A DNA stretch of 64,000 nucleotides, from assembly GCA_963801165.1 (NCBI GenBank), contig CAWDDT010000006.1, positions 224,001 to 288,000 of the forward strand, in the 5' to 3' direction. Numbering within the stretch: position 1 is the first letter of the stretch; every line of letters starts with the position of its first letter. The translations under genes and the position numbers were made by a program. This DNA comes from an uncultured bacterium. GTDB taxonomy: Bacteria; Actinomycetota; Acidimicrobiia; Spongiisociales; UBA5794. Shown piece after piece: positions 28,544-37,707 of this stretch. The notes beneath the pieces are model-generated. The model saw only the letters and a program-made list of their open reading frames with translations, had not been told where the DNA came from and made no database searches.

Positions 28544-29578
28544 ATGAATCACGCCGAGCTTCGCGATCTCCCGAAGATCGAACTGCACAATCATTTGGAC
28601 GGCGGGCTCCGGGTGGAGACGATCCTCGAACTGGCCGACGCCACCGGCTACCAAGGTCTACCTACCACCGACGCCGATGCCCTTGCCGCCTGGTTCTATC
28701 AGGGCGGCTCCGGCTCGCTCGAACGCTATCTCGCTGCTTTCGCACACACGGTGGCCGTCATGCAGACGGCTGACGCCATCGAGCGGGTCGCTTACGAGGC
28801 CGTGGTCGATCTCGCGGCCGACGGGATCATCTACGGCGAGATCCGATTCGCCCCGGTGTTATCGACCCGGCGCCGGCTGCGTCGTGAGGATGCGATCGAG
28901 GCCACCCTCACCGGATTCACGCGTGCGTATGCGGACACAGGTGTTCGCGCGAATCTGATCGTCGATGCCATGCGCGACCGGCCCGACTCGATGGCCGAGG
29001 CAAGTGCCGCAGTGCGCTTCGCCGACCGGGGCGTGGTCGGGTTCGACCTGGCCGGCCCCGAAGAAGGCTTCCCGGCCTCGGCTCACGCTGAGGCGGTCCG
29101 TCACGCCGCCGACAATGGGTTGCACGTGACCATTCACGCCGGGGAGGGCGCCGGATGGGAGAGCATCGCCGACGCGCTCACCACCTGTAACCCGGAGCGT
29201 ATCGGCCACGGTGTCCGCATCGTCGACGCCCTCGACTCGGACGACCCCACCGCGCAGTCCGTCGCCGCTCGCGTTCGCGACGACAACATCCCACTCGAGG
29301 TATGTCCGACGTCGAATCTCCACACCCTCGGCATGAGCTCCGCCGAGCATCCCGTGGGACGTCTCTACCGGGCGGGATTCAACGTCACGCTCAATACCGA
29401 CAACCGTCTCATGAGCCACGTCACACTCACCGACGAATTCGCGCTTGTCATCGAGCACCAGGCATTCACACTCGACGACCTCGGTGTGGTGACCCGTGCC
29501 GCGGCGAGGGCCGCCTTCGTCGACGAGGGGCTCAAACGCAGACTGCTCGAAGAGGTAGCAGCCGGCTATCCCATCTGA
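28544..29578 (+). CDS. add: Adenosine deaminase
   Basis: PKIELHNHLDG, GFDLAGPE, TIHAGE, RIGHG, LEVCPTSN, NTDN. Confidence 0.95.
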   Translation: MNHAELRDLPKIELHNHLDGGLRVETILELADATGYQGLPTTDADALAAWFYQGGSGSLERYLAAFAHTVAVMQTADAIERVAYEAVVDLAADGIIYGEIRFAPVLSTRRRLRREDAIEATLTGFTRAYADTGVRANLIVDAMRDRPDSMAEASAAVRFADRGVVGFDLAGPEEGFPASAHAEAVRHAADNGLHVTIHAGEGAGWESIADALTTCNPERIGHGVRIVDALDSDDPTAQSVAARVRDDNIPLEVCPTSNLHTLGMSSAEHPVGRLYRAGFNVTLNTDNRLMSHVTLTDEFALVIEHQAFTLDDLGVVTRAAARAAFVDEGLKRRLLEEVAAGYPI

Positions 29579-30375
29579 TCATCGAGCCAGGACGCCACGA
29601 ACCCCAGTACCTCCGCTTGTTCCGGCTCGTTGTGGGTTTCATGGCGTAGACCGGCAAACAGTTTGCGCTCGACGTTGTCGAGCGCGGCCAGCGGAGCCGA
29701 CGCCCGTGGCGGCACCAGGGAGTCCTCAGCGCCGTGGATAACGAGCGTAGGCCGGCTCAACCCCTGGTAGCCGTCCCCGAGAGAGTCCATCTCTCCGAAG
29801 AGAATCGCCCCGAAACGGGCGGTCGCCTTTGTCTCCACGAGGGGATCCGCAAAGTACTTCTCCCCCACCGAAGGATCGCGAGACAGCTGCTCACCCTTGA
29901 TCGAGTTCTTCAGACGCAGCCCCGGCGTAATCCGACTGAGCACTTTCGCCGCAAGACGCAATGCCGCGGGTACGTCGGCGGCCAAAGCCGGCGCAGAAAG
30001 CACGTATCGATCTGGCTGCATGCGGGAACTCATCCCGTATGCGGTGGCGATCAGCCCGCCCATGGAATGCCCGTAGATGATTCTGGGGAGGTCGTCGGGA
30101 ATCTCCCCGAACACCCGCTCTACATCGTCGAGGTATTGGTCGAATGACTCCAGGTCGACACGGTCCCCGCCCGAGGCGCCGTGGCCACGCAGGTCGAAGG
30201 CGGTCACGTCGTAACCACGATCTGCAAAGAAGTCCCCGACGTGCCCCCATCGACCCGAATGCTCTCCCACCCCGTGGATGATGAGCATCCTCGCTCGCGG
30301 CGTCGGGCATTCCCATCGCCGCAGCAGCAATCCCAGACCGTCGTTTGCCATGAGCTGTGCAGTTGTGCTGCTCAC
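29566..30375 (-). CDS. Lysophospholipase / monoacylglycerol lipase alpha-beta hydrolase
   Basis: HGVGEHSGR, DLRGHG, GHSMGG, RHETHNEP. Confidence 0.92.
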   Translation of the reverse strand: MSSTTAQLMANDGLGLLLRRWECPTPRARMLIIHGVGEHSGRWGHVGDFFADRGYDVTAFDLRGHGASGGDRVDLESFDQYLDDVERVFGEIPDDLPRIIYGHSMGGLIATAYGMSSRMQPDRYVLSAPALAADVPAALRLAAKVLSRITPGLRLKNSIKGEQLSRDPSVGEKYFADPLVETKATARFGAILFGEMDSLGDGYQGLSRPTLVIHGAEDSLVPPRASAPLAALDNVERKLFAGLRHETHNEPEQAEVLGFVASWLDDQMG

Positions 30376-31109
30376 ACGTCACCTCCCGCTGCCAACGCCG
30401 CGCCGATGATCCCTGCCCGGTTACGGAACCGGGCAGGTCGCACAGTGGCCTGCGTGTGTAGCAGGTCGCTGTAGTCGTCGAACGCCTTCGATATGCCGCC
30501 GCCCAGTATGAAATGGTCCGGCGACAGCACGTCCTCTACGTAATTCATGTACTCGTTGAGCCGGACCGCCCATTCCCGGCGCTCCAGCCCGCCCTCGTCG
30601 ACCAATCGCGGTGCCGCATAGTGCTCGGCGTCCTGGCCCTTGAACTCGATATGTCCCAGCTCGGTGTTTGGTACGAGAATCCCGTTGCGAAACAGAGCAC
30701 TGCCGATACCGGTGCCGAGTGTCAGCAGCAGGACCGTTCCGGTCAGATCTCTTGCCTCGCCGAACGTCTGCTCGGCGATGCCGGCGGCATCGGCGTCGTT
30801 GAGTACAGCGACGGCCGTCCCGTACCGTTTGCTGAGGTCTGCCGCGACGTCTCTCCCGATCCACCCGTGGTCGATGTTCGCCGCTGTCTGCACGACCCCG
30901 GCGCGCACTACGGAGGGGACCGCACAGCCGATCCGTCGCTTCCACTTGAAATGGGCGACAAGGTCGTCGAAGACCTCGTAAACGGCTTCCGGCGTCGAAG
31001 GTTGTGGTGTCGGAATGCGTACGCGCTTGGCCAGCCGCTCCCCGGTGCTCAGATCCACCGGAGCCGCCTTGACGCCGCTCCCTCCAACGTCGATCCCGAG
31101 TGCCTTCAT
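30372..31109 (-). CDS. ppgK: Polyphosphate glucokinase (ROK family)
   Basis: GIDVGGSGVK, RIPTPQP, TAANID, NDADAAG, LGTGIGSA, PNTELGH. Confidence 0.92.
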   Translation of the reverse strand: MKALGIDVGGSGVKAAPVDLSTGERLAKRVRIPTPQPSTPEAVYEVFDDLVAHFKWKRRIGCAVPSVVRAGVVQTAANIDHGWIGRDVAADLSKRYGTAVAVLNDADAAGIAEQTFGEARDLTGTVLLLTLGTGIGSALFRNGILVPNTELGHIEFKGQDAEHYAAPRLVDEGGLERREWAVRLNEYMNYVEDVLSPDHFILGGGISKAFDDYSDLLHTQATVRPARFRNRAGIIGAALAAGGDV

Positions 31110-31133
31110 CGTCTCCTCACATCTCCCCCGCGG

Positions 31134-32192
31134 TTAGCCAACCGTACCCGCTCGATCGAGGAAGGGGAGTGTGACCGGCTCGACCGCAACCCATTTCCCG
31201 CGCACGTCCATTTCCAGAGAGGCTCCTGGTTCGATGGGCGGGCTCAGATACCCCATCCCGATGCCGACGCCGAGCACCGGGCTGAAGTTGCCGGAGGTCA
31301 CGACACCGATCGACGCACCCGATCTGAGTTCGTAGCCGTGTCGGGGTGGTCGCCGGTCTCCCGCCCGGAACGACACCAGCCTCTTCTTCACCCCTCGATC
31401 GCCCTCCGCCAGAAGCGCCGACTTGCCGACGAAATCGTGATCCCAGTCGACCACCCACCGCAACCCTGCCTCGAGAGGGGTCGTGTCCTCATCGAGGTCC
31501 TGACCCCACAGCGGGTAGCCCATCTCGAGACGCAGAGTGTCCCGGGCGCCGAGCCCGCAGGGCGTCGCGCCCGCCGCGACCAGCGCCTCGAAGAGCTCGG
31601 TCCCGTTCTCGATGGGAACCGCGATCTCTGCCCCCTTCTCACCCGTGTATCCGGTGCCGGCGAACCACATAGGCGCCCCGCGGAAGGTACCCGCACCCAC
31701 CCGGAAGCGACCGGGCGTGACGCCGACCACCTCCTCGAGGACACGCGGCGAGTCGGGCCCTTGCACCGCCAGCAGCACGGTGTCGCTCTGGATGGCCCGG
31801 AGCTCCGTGTCCGGGACGGCCTCGAAGCGGGAGAGCAGGTCGTCGAAGTTGACCCCGTTGGGCATGACCCAGTAATCGTCTTCGGCAAAACGCCACACGA
31901 TGATGTCGTCCACGACTCCCCCGGAAGCATTGAGCGCCATCGTGTACTGGGCTCTGCCCGGCGCGATGTTGGTGATGTCGTTGCACAACTCGCGCCTGAT
32001 GGCGGCGGTGGCCCCCGGACCGTTCAGCTGGAAGCGACCGAGGTGGGTGACGTCGAAGACACCGACGCCTTCCCGCACCGCCATGTGCTCGGCGATTACT
32101 CCCCCGTACTGGAGCGGCATCTCCCAGCCGCCGAAATCGGTGAAGCGGGCTCCGAGTGCCTCGTGTGCGGAGCGGAGCGGGGTTACTGGCAT
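31134..32192 (-). CDS. gcvT: Glycine cleavage system aminomethyltransferase T
   Basis: FGGWEMPLQY, GVFDVTH, TGYTGEKG.E, GLGARDTLRLEMG. Confidence 0.96.
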   Translation of the reverse strand: MPVTPLRSAHEALGARFTDFGGWEMPLQYGGVIAEHMAVREGVGVFDVTHLGRFQLNGPGATAAIRRELCNDITNIAPGRAQYTMALNASGGVVDDIIVWRFAEDDYWVMPNGVNFDDLLSRFEAVPDTELRAIQSDTVLLAVQGPDSPRVLEEVVGVTPGRFRVGAGTFRGAPMWFAGTGYTGEKGAEIAVPIENGTELFEALVAAGATPCGLGARDTLRLEMGYPLWGQDLDEDTTPLEAGLRWVVDWDHDFVGKSALLAEGDRGVKKRLVSFRAGDRRPPRHGYELRSGASIGVVTSGNFSPVLGVGIGMGYLSPPIEPGASLEMDVRGKWVAVEPVTLPFLDRAGTVG

Positions 32193-32273
32193 GTCGGTGA
32201 CTCTCCGTCTCGTGTCACACCAGACTAACCGAGCGGGCTATGGGGCAGATAACCCACACCCGTGGTACCAGCG

Positions 32274-32726
32274 CTAACCGGCGGCGATCTGGTCGTCCTC
32301 GCCCAGATCCTCGATTCGCGGCGGTCCCGGCAGCCGGGTCGGCGCCGCCGGCAAACCCTGATCGGGAGGTTCCTCCAACCCATACTTCACGAGCAGGTTG
32401 AGGTAGTCGCGTTGGTAGAACAACTTGCACACGATTTCCGGGTACAACTCGCGGAGCAACCGGAGCTTCTTGTTCTTCTTGGTGACGAGTTTCTGACTCA
32501 TCGTGGTTATCTCGATGTAGAGATCATCCGCCGGTAGGTAGAAGTCGGGTCGGAAGAACTTCGTGGGCTCACCGTTGCCATTGAACTTGATGGCGAACTC
32601 ACGCGGCTCGTAATCCCACTCGACCTCGTAGAAGTCGAGGAGACGCGCAAACTGGCGCTCACTCTCGTGGGCGAAGTCGACGAGATCTGCGGGTTGGAGC
32701 TCTTCGTCGAGCCGGTCGTTACTCAG
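32274..32726 (-). CDS. Hypothetical PD-(D/E)XK nuclease-like protein, inferred CTG start
   Basis: The open frame extends well upstream of the track's 75-aa ORF: FAHESERQFARLLDFYEVEWDYEP...FRPDFYLP..DLYIEITT. Confidence 0.7.
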   Translation of the reverse strand: MSNDRLDEELQPADLVDFAHESERQFARLLDFYEVEWDYEPREFAIKFNGNGEPTKFFRPDFYLPADDLYIEITTMSQKLVTKKNKKLRLLRELYPEIVCKLFYQRDYLNLLVKYGLEEPPDQGLPAAPTRLPGPPRIEDLGEDDQIAAG

Positions 32727-33211
32727 TTGGCCTTCGCCTCCGTGATGGCGGCCACCGGTGCTTCCTCTTCCGGGAAGAGGCCATGGATCTCACCTTCCAG
32801 CTCGTGCTGGACGGGACCGACCGCGATCCCGAAGACGCCCTGCCCCTTCTGGAAGACGTCGACAACTTCGTCGGCGCTGTGCGCCGCAAAGATGGTCGTG
32901 CCGTCCGAGAGCAGTGTCACATCTTCGAGCGGGTTGTTGCTGGCGAGCTGATCCCGCAGGATCGCCATCGCGCTCCGGATCTTTTTGAGGCTCATTCCGG
33001 CATCGAGCAGCCGCTTGACGACCTTCAGCTGCACGATGTCCGTAAACGAATAGCGGCGCTGGGTTCCGGATCCCTGTGCCGCCTGCAGCGACGGTGTGAT
33101 GAGGCCGGTGCGCGCCCAGTAGTCGAGCTGACGGTACGTGATCCCAACCAGGCCACACACCTGTGGGGCGCGATATCCGACGTCCTGCTCCTTCACGGCA
33201 AGCCTCCTCAT
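32723..33211 (-). CDS. MerR-family regulator, Rv1830-like
   Basis: GITYRQLDYWARTGL..PS...A.GSGTQRRYSF.DI. Confidence 0.92.
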   Translation of the reverse strand: MRRLAVKEQDVGYRAPQVCGLVGITYRQLDYWARTGLITPSLQAAQGSGTQRRYSFTDIVQLKVVKRLLDAGMSLKKIRSAMAILRDQLASNNPLEDVTLLSDGTTIFAAHSADEVVDVFQKGQGVFGIAVGPVQHELEGEIHGLFPEEEAPVAAITEAKAN

Positions 33212-33260
33212 GGCTTGTAGCTTACATCGACGTAATTCCGCCCGCCGAACTACGTTAGTG

Positions 33261-33306
33261 AAGTTAACGACTCGACGCGCGACTTGTCAACAACCCCTGT
33301 GGATAA
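33261..33306 (-). promoter_or_regulatory. SigA-type promoter with upstream perfect DnaA box
   Basis: Minus strand: TTATCCACA (33306-33298), 7 nt, TTGACA (33290-33285), 18 nt, TAACTT (33266-33261). Confidence 0.6.
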
Positions 33307-33340
33307 CACCCAGACGTTGGGTGGTCCGAGCGTAGTTTGG

Positions 33341-33841
33341 TCAGGAATCGGTTGAGCGGCCGGAGTCGAAATCCTCGGGCTCGATCTCCTCGAGAAACTC
33401 CCGGAACTTCTCGATCTCGTCTTCCTGGCCGTCTTCTTCGATCTCGACGCCCGCATCGCTCAGCAGCTCGCGATCGGCGAACACCGGTGACCCGGTGCGG
33501 GCGGCAATTGCCACGGCGTCCGAGGGGCGGGCCGAGATGACGACCTCGTTTCCCTGCTGGTTCATGACCAGGTTGGCATAGAAGGTGCCGCTGACCAGCT
33601 CGGTCACATCGACCCGCACCACAGATCCGGCGAGCCCGTCGATGACCAGCTTCAACAGGTCGTGAGTCATCGGCCGCTGCGGCTCGACACCCTGAAGTGC
33701 CAGGGCAATCGCAGTCGCCTCATTGGGGCCGATCCAGATGGGAAGGTAGCGGGCGCCGTCACGCTCCCGCAGCAACAAGATGGGCACGTTGGATGGCAAC
33801 TCTATCCTGATTCCAACCAATTCCATGGGTACCGGGTCCAT
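33341..33841 (-). CDS. Bifunctional nuclease family protein (DUF151, Rv1829-like)
   Basis: YLPIWIG..EATAI, RPMTHDL, SARPSDA, EKFREFL..I.PEDF. Confidence 0.94.
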   Translation of the reverse strand: MDPVPMELVGIRIELPSNVPILLLRERDGARYLPIWIGPNEATAIALALQGVEPQRPMTHDLLKLVIDGLAGSVVRVDVTELVSGTFYANLVMNQQGNEVVISARPSDAVAIAARTGSPVFADRELLSDAGVEIEEDGQEDEIEKFREFLEEIEPEDFDSGRSTDS

Positions 33842-33865
33842 GCGACCAGCCTATCACCGGTCTGC

Positions 33866-34441
33866 TCATCGGCTGGCGTAACCACCGAACACGACGGCGG
33901 GAAATGTCTCGTGCAGATCCTGAAGCCGCTCCATGTCCATCACCGCCCACAACCCCGGCAAGTTACGGTACCGGCCCTCCCAGTCGAGGCCGTACCCGAG
34001 AAGAAACTCGTCGCCGATCTCAAACCCCCGATACTCGACAGGTACCTCGACGATCCGCCGCGCCACCTTATCGAGAAGGGAAACGGTGCGTAGACTCGCC
34101 GGTCGCCGCACCTCCAGGTTGCGCAGCAAGGTGCTCAACGTCAGCCCGGTGTCCACGATGTCCTCGACGATGAGAACATGCCGGTTCTCGAGCGAGATCG
34201 CGGTGTCCATCGCCAACGACACACGGCCTTTCTCGCCAAAGCGGGTGAGGAGGAGAAAGTCGACCTCGTGCGATATCCGGAGCCGTCTGATCAGGTCGGC
34301 GAGAAACGGGATGGCGCCGTTCATGACGCCGACCAGCACAGGGTTCAGTCCGTCGTAGTCCGCAGTGATCACCGCCCCCAGCTCCGAGATCCTCCGCTGC
34401 AGGGACTCCGGGTCGACCACCTCCAGATAGTGGTCGGTCAC
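33866..34441 (-). CDS. HPRT-like phosphoribosyltransferase (second, divergent copy)
   Basis: VLIVEDIVDTGLT, FLLGYGLD. GTG start overlaps the upstream TGA. Confidence 0.85.
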   Translation of the reverse strand: MTDHYLEVVDPESLQRRISELGAVITADYDGLNPVLVGVMNGAIPFLADLIRRLRISHEVDFLLLTRFGEKGRVSLAMDTAISLENRHVLIVEDIVDTGLTLSTLLRNLEVRRPASLRTVSLLDKVARRIVEVPVEYRGFEIGDEFLLGYGLDWEGRYRNLPGLWAVMDMERLQDLHETFPAVVFGGYASR

Positions 34442-35472
34442 TCCGTGCCGCCGAGGACCACCGGGATCATCCCCCGCACCATGTCGAGGATGCGACGTTC
34501 CCCGGGCGTATCTCCCCATGGCGTCAACGCCTGCTGGCCGTCCGGCTCAGGCATTCGTGTCTTGACGAACTCCTCGGTCACCGGATCCAGCCGGGCACCG
34601 GCCACACCCCCGCCTCCCTCGAGCTGAACGAGAGGCGTCAGGAATCGGTCGACCACGTTGAGCCGTTGGGTCAGGTAATCCAGGATTGCGGCGGTGTCTC
34701 CAAAGTGATCCTCGCTACCCATGACCACAACCACGAACGTCTGGTCCTCCACTTCGTAAGCGGTGACCAGCACCCGACCGGCCTTAGAGGTATATCCCGT
34801 CTTGAGGCCAACAACGCCCGGGTAGCTGTTGAGCAGATGATTTGTGTTGACCGCGACGCGGCTGGTGCCGTCGGGTGCGGGCTTGAAGCGGATGATCCCG
34901 GTCCGTGCGAATTGGCTCAGCACGTCGTCGGCGAGCACCGTCTCCCCGATCTTGGCAAGATCGCGTGCCGAGGTGTAGTGCCCGTCCGTGTCGAGACCGT
35001 GCGGGTTCATGAAATGAGAGTGCTCGAGACCGAGCTCCGCGGCTTTCTCGTTCATGAGCGCGGCGAACCCCTCGATACTGCCGCCGACATACTCGGCCAA
35101 AGCGTATGCCGCGTCGTTGCCCGACCGCACCAGCAGCGCAGCCAGCAGGTCCCGGACGCTCCACACCTCTCCGGCCACGAGGCCGATCTCGGACTCTCCC
35201 ACATTGGCGGCGGCTTCGCTGATCCGCACACGATCGTCGAGGTCCGCATGGTCCCGCACCACGAGCGCGGTCATCAGCTTGGTCACCGACGCCATGGCCC
35301 GCTCCTCATCGGCGTTGTGCTCGAGAACAACCGCACCCGAGCCCACGTCCATGGCAATCCACGACGCTGCGGTCAGTTGCGGTGGTGTCGCAGGCGCGGG
35401 CGCCCGCACCGGCGACGCCACCAGAGTTAGCGCGGCCAGCACTGCGATCGGTGACCAATGAGCGCGCATCAT
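34438..35472 (-). CDS. D-alanyl-D-alanine carboxypeptidase (peptidase S11)
   Basis: ASVTK (SxxK), SGN, NPHGL, KTG. Confidence 0.94.
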   Translation of the reverse strand: MMRAHWSPIAVLAALTLVASPVRAPAPATPPQLTAASWIAMDVGSGAVVLEHNADEERAMASVTKLMTALVVRDHADLDDRVRISEAAANVGESEIGLVAGEVWSVRDLLAALLVRSGNDAAYALAEYVGGSIEGFAALMNEKAAELGLEHSHFMNPHGLDTDGHYTSARDLAKIGETVLADDVLSQFARTGIIRFKPAPDGTSRVAVNTNHLLNSYPGVVGLKTGYTSKAGRVLVTAYEVEDQTFVVVVMGSEDHFGDTAAILDYLTQRLNVVDRFLTPLVQLEGGGGVAGARLDPVTEEFVKTRMPEPDGQQALTPWGDTPGERRILDMVRGMIPVVLGGTE

Positions 35473-36194
35473 CCCTCGAGTAGCTTGCGCAGACGGGACC
35501 GCACCAGGTTCTCCTGCAACTTTGCGCCGGCACTTGCTCCATCGGCCAGAACCTCGGCGGCGCGGCGACGGTTCTTCGGGTTGTGATGGTGCAGCAACGG
35601 CGTGACGAGCTGCGACAACAGATCCACCTCGCGGTCGGCAGCCAGCCGTAGCGAGCGGATGTGCCTGCCCTCGAAGCCCCGGACGAACAGACGGTGCGCC
35701 GAACGGGCGATGGCAAGATCCTCGTCACGGTAGATGTGACGCCCATCAGCCAGCTCGACCGGGTTGAGCACCTGCTGAGCAACCAGTTCGTCGATCTGGT
35801 CTCGGCTCAGCCCGCTGGCACGGCTCAGCTCATCCGCCGCCATCGACACGCCCGCTCCGCCGAAGTACGCCTCGGGTGCCGGGCCGCTCTCGCGTGGGGT
35901 TTCGGTCTCCTCCCCTCTATCCCACGAGGTGAGCTTCGACTTGATGACCTTGAGCGGCAGGAAGTGGTCGCGTTGCTCGCTGAGGACATAGCGCAACCGG
36001 TCGACGTCATCGTCGGTGAACATGCGGTAGCCCGACGGGCTCCGTCCCGGGTTGATCAGTCCTTGCGCCTCGAGAAAACGGATCTTGGAGACCGTCAGGT
36101 CCGGGAACTCGCCGCGGAGGACGTTGATCGCCTCCCCGATCGACCGCGATTTCCGGCCCGAGAGGTGCGCAGGGGCCGTACCGTCCTCAGCCAT
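35469..36194 (-). CDS. MerR-family regulator, Rv1828/FtsR-like
   Basis: EFPDLTVSKIRFLEAQGL...SGYR.F...QRDHFLPLKVIK. Confidence 0.9.
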   Translation of the reverse strand: MAEDGTAPAHLSGRKSRSIGEAINVLRGEFPDLTVSKIRFLEAQGLINPGRSPSGYRMFTDDDVDRLRYVLSEQRDHFLPLKVIKSKLTSWDRGEETETPRESGPAPEAYFGGAGVSMAADELSRASGLSRDQIDELVAQQVLNPVELADGRHIYRDEDLAIARSAHRLFVRGFEGRHIRSLRLAADREVDLLSQLVTPLLHHHNPKNRRRAAEVLADGASAGAKLQENLVRSRLRKLLEG

Positions 36195-36624
36195 GGCCGC
36201 CGGCCACGACGAGGTGGAACTTGCCGATGATGACCTCGTCGCCTGGCTGCAGCTGAGCGCTCTCCTGGCGCTCCGCATTGACATAAGTCCCATTCGTAGA
36301 CCTGAGATCCTCAACACGAAGGCCCTGCTCGTCAACGGTGAAGCAGGCGTGGCGACGGGACACGGTGACGTCGCCGAGGAAGATGTCGATGTCCTCCGAA
36401 CGGCCCGCAACGGTCTCCCCTTCGCCGAGAACGTAGGTGAGACCGGCCCGCGGCCCTCGTTCGACGACGAGCGCATAGCGGAACGCACCCTCGATACGAC
36501 CGACGATCTCACCAACGTCGGCAGTGCCGGCGCCGAAATCGTAGAAAACGGTCTTCTCTGAGTCCTTCTCGGCGTCGTTCTCGGCGTCCTTGTTGTCCTG
36601 GAGCGCGTTGGAGTCATCGGCCAT
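36187..36624 (-). CDS. FHA domain protein, GarA/OdhI-like
   Basis: AGRS...DIFL.DVTVSRRH, STNGTYVN, GD.V.IGKF.L. Confidence 0.9.
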   Translation of the reverse strand: MADDSNALQDNKDAENDAEKDSEKTVFYDFGAGTADVGEIVGRIEGAFRYALVVERGPRAGLTYVLGEGETVAGRSEDIDIFLGDVTVSRRHACFTVDEQGLRVEDLRSTNGTYVNAERQESAQLQPGDEVIIGKFHLVVAGGHG

Positions 36625-36630
36625 ATGGGA

Positions 36631-36663
36631 ATGGTAGTCGCTAAGCCTCGATCTGAGGTTGAG
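36631..36663 (-). promoter_or_regulatory. Imperfect dyad plus -10 box, leaderless promoter of the FHA-MerR operon
   Basis: Minus strand CTCAACCTC-AGATC-GAGGCTTAG, then TACCAT 6 nt before the ATG. No Shine-Dalgarno. Confidence 0.55.
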
Positions 36664-36716
36664 GCTCTTGTGCTTCGTTGCAGTGGGCAGTCGGGTTTAC
36701 AGCCGCCGGCGACGCC

Positions 36717-37091
36717 CTACTCGCAGAACTCGGTGTAGGCGGCCGAGTCCATCAAATCGTCGAGCCTCGAGAGGTCGCCGTCGATGAGTATGAACCATCC
36801 GGCACCGTAAGGGTCGCTGTTGATGATCTCCGGTTGATCCGCCAGGGCCTCGTTGATGGCTGTTACCGTCCCGTCGATGGGCGCGTAGACATCGGCCACC
36901 GACTTGGTGGACTCGATCTCGGCAAACGATTCCCCCGCGGTCACGCCGGCACCGACGTCCGGGAGGTCCACGAAGACGACGTCTCCGAGTGCGTCCTGGG
37001 CGTAGTCGGTGATCCCCACTTTGGCCTTGCCGTCCTCGACGGCGACCCATTCGTGGTTCTCCGTGTAGCGAAGTCCATCTGGAATCTGCAC
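36717..37091 (-). CDS. gcvH: Glycine cleavage system H protein
   Basis: YTENHEW, GITDYAQDALGDVV, EIESTKSV (lipoyl Lys), INSDPYGAGW. Confidence 0.96.
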   Translation of the reverse strand: MQIPDGLRYTENHEWVAVEDGKAKVGITDYAQDALGDVVFVDLPDVGAGVTAGESFAEIESTKSVADVYAPIDGTVTAINEALADQPEIINSDPYGAGWFILIDGDLSRLDDLMDSAAYTEFCE

Positions 37092-37143
37092 GGTGTCTCC
37101 TGTTTCAGACGATGCGACGCGAGCTTACCTCTTGCCGGGGCGC

Positions 37144-37695
37144 CTATGCATTCGACGCCCGGCCACGCTCGGAGATGGCAGTTGCCGCGTCCTTCGCGTA
37201 TTGGACGGCAACGACGTAGTAGAGGATCACACCGGGTATCCCGGACCCCCAGGCAATGATGAGGCCGGGTGACCACGATGCGCCGACAAAGAACCACGCC
37301 ACTGCCGTGTACAACAGGAGGGTCGCCAGCTTGCCCATCTTGCGCACCGATAGGCTCGTGTGACCACGCAGGGCCACAACGGCCGCCCCGATCGCTACGA
37401 GCGCCTCACGGATGATCAGCAGCCAGGCGAACCAGGCGGGCAAGTAGCCGGTCACCAATCCGGCGATAACGCCGGCAGCTACGGCGATTCGGTCGGCCAG
37501 CGGGTCGAGGATCTTCCCTACTTCCGACACCTGATTCAGCCGTCGCGCCAGGTAGCCGTCGATCCAGTCGGTAGACCCGATAATGCCGAGCAGCAGCCCT
37601 CCCCACACCGGTTCGTCGGCGCCGATGACCAGCCATAGGAACACCGGGACCAGCGCCAGCCGGATCAGCGATATCAGGTTGGGAAGCGTCAGCAT
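37144..37695 (-). CDS. CDP-alcohol phosphatidyltransferase (PgsA2/cardiolipin synthase-like)
   Basis: TLPNLIS..R, DWIDGYLARRLNQVSEVGKILDPLADR. Confidence 0.93.
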   Translation of the reverse strand: MLTLPNLISLIRLALVPVFLWLVIGADEPVWGGLLLGIIGSTDWIDGYLARRLNQVSEVGKILDPLADRIAVAAGVIAGLVTGYLPAWFAWLLIIREALVAIGAAVVALRGHTSLSVRKMGKLATLLLYTAVAWFFVGASWSPGLIIAWGSGIPGVILYYVVAVQYAKDAATAISERGRASNA

Positions 37696-37707
37696 TTTCC
37701 TACGGTA

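Noticed and set aside
30513-32228. 571-aa plus-strand ORF (and similar long ORFs at 57258, 43782, 16120)
   Set aside because: Antisense shadows of well-supported genes, typical of high-GC DNA
32193-32273. Glycine riboswitch before gcvT (or before gcvH)
   Set aside because: Intergenic gaps are too short and no aptamer motifs were seen
33298-33306. Replication origin
   Set aside because: Single DnaA box, with no box cluster, AT-rich unwinding element or dnaA/dnaN
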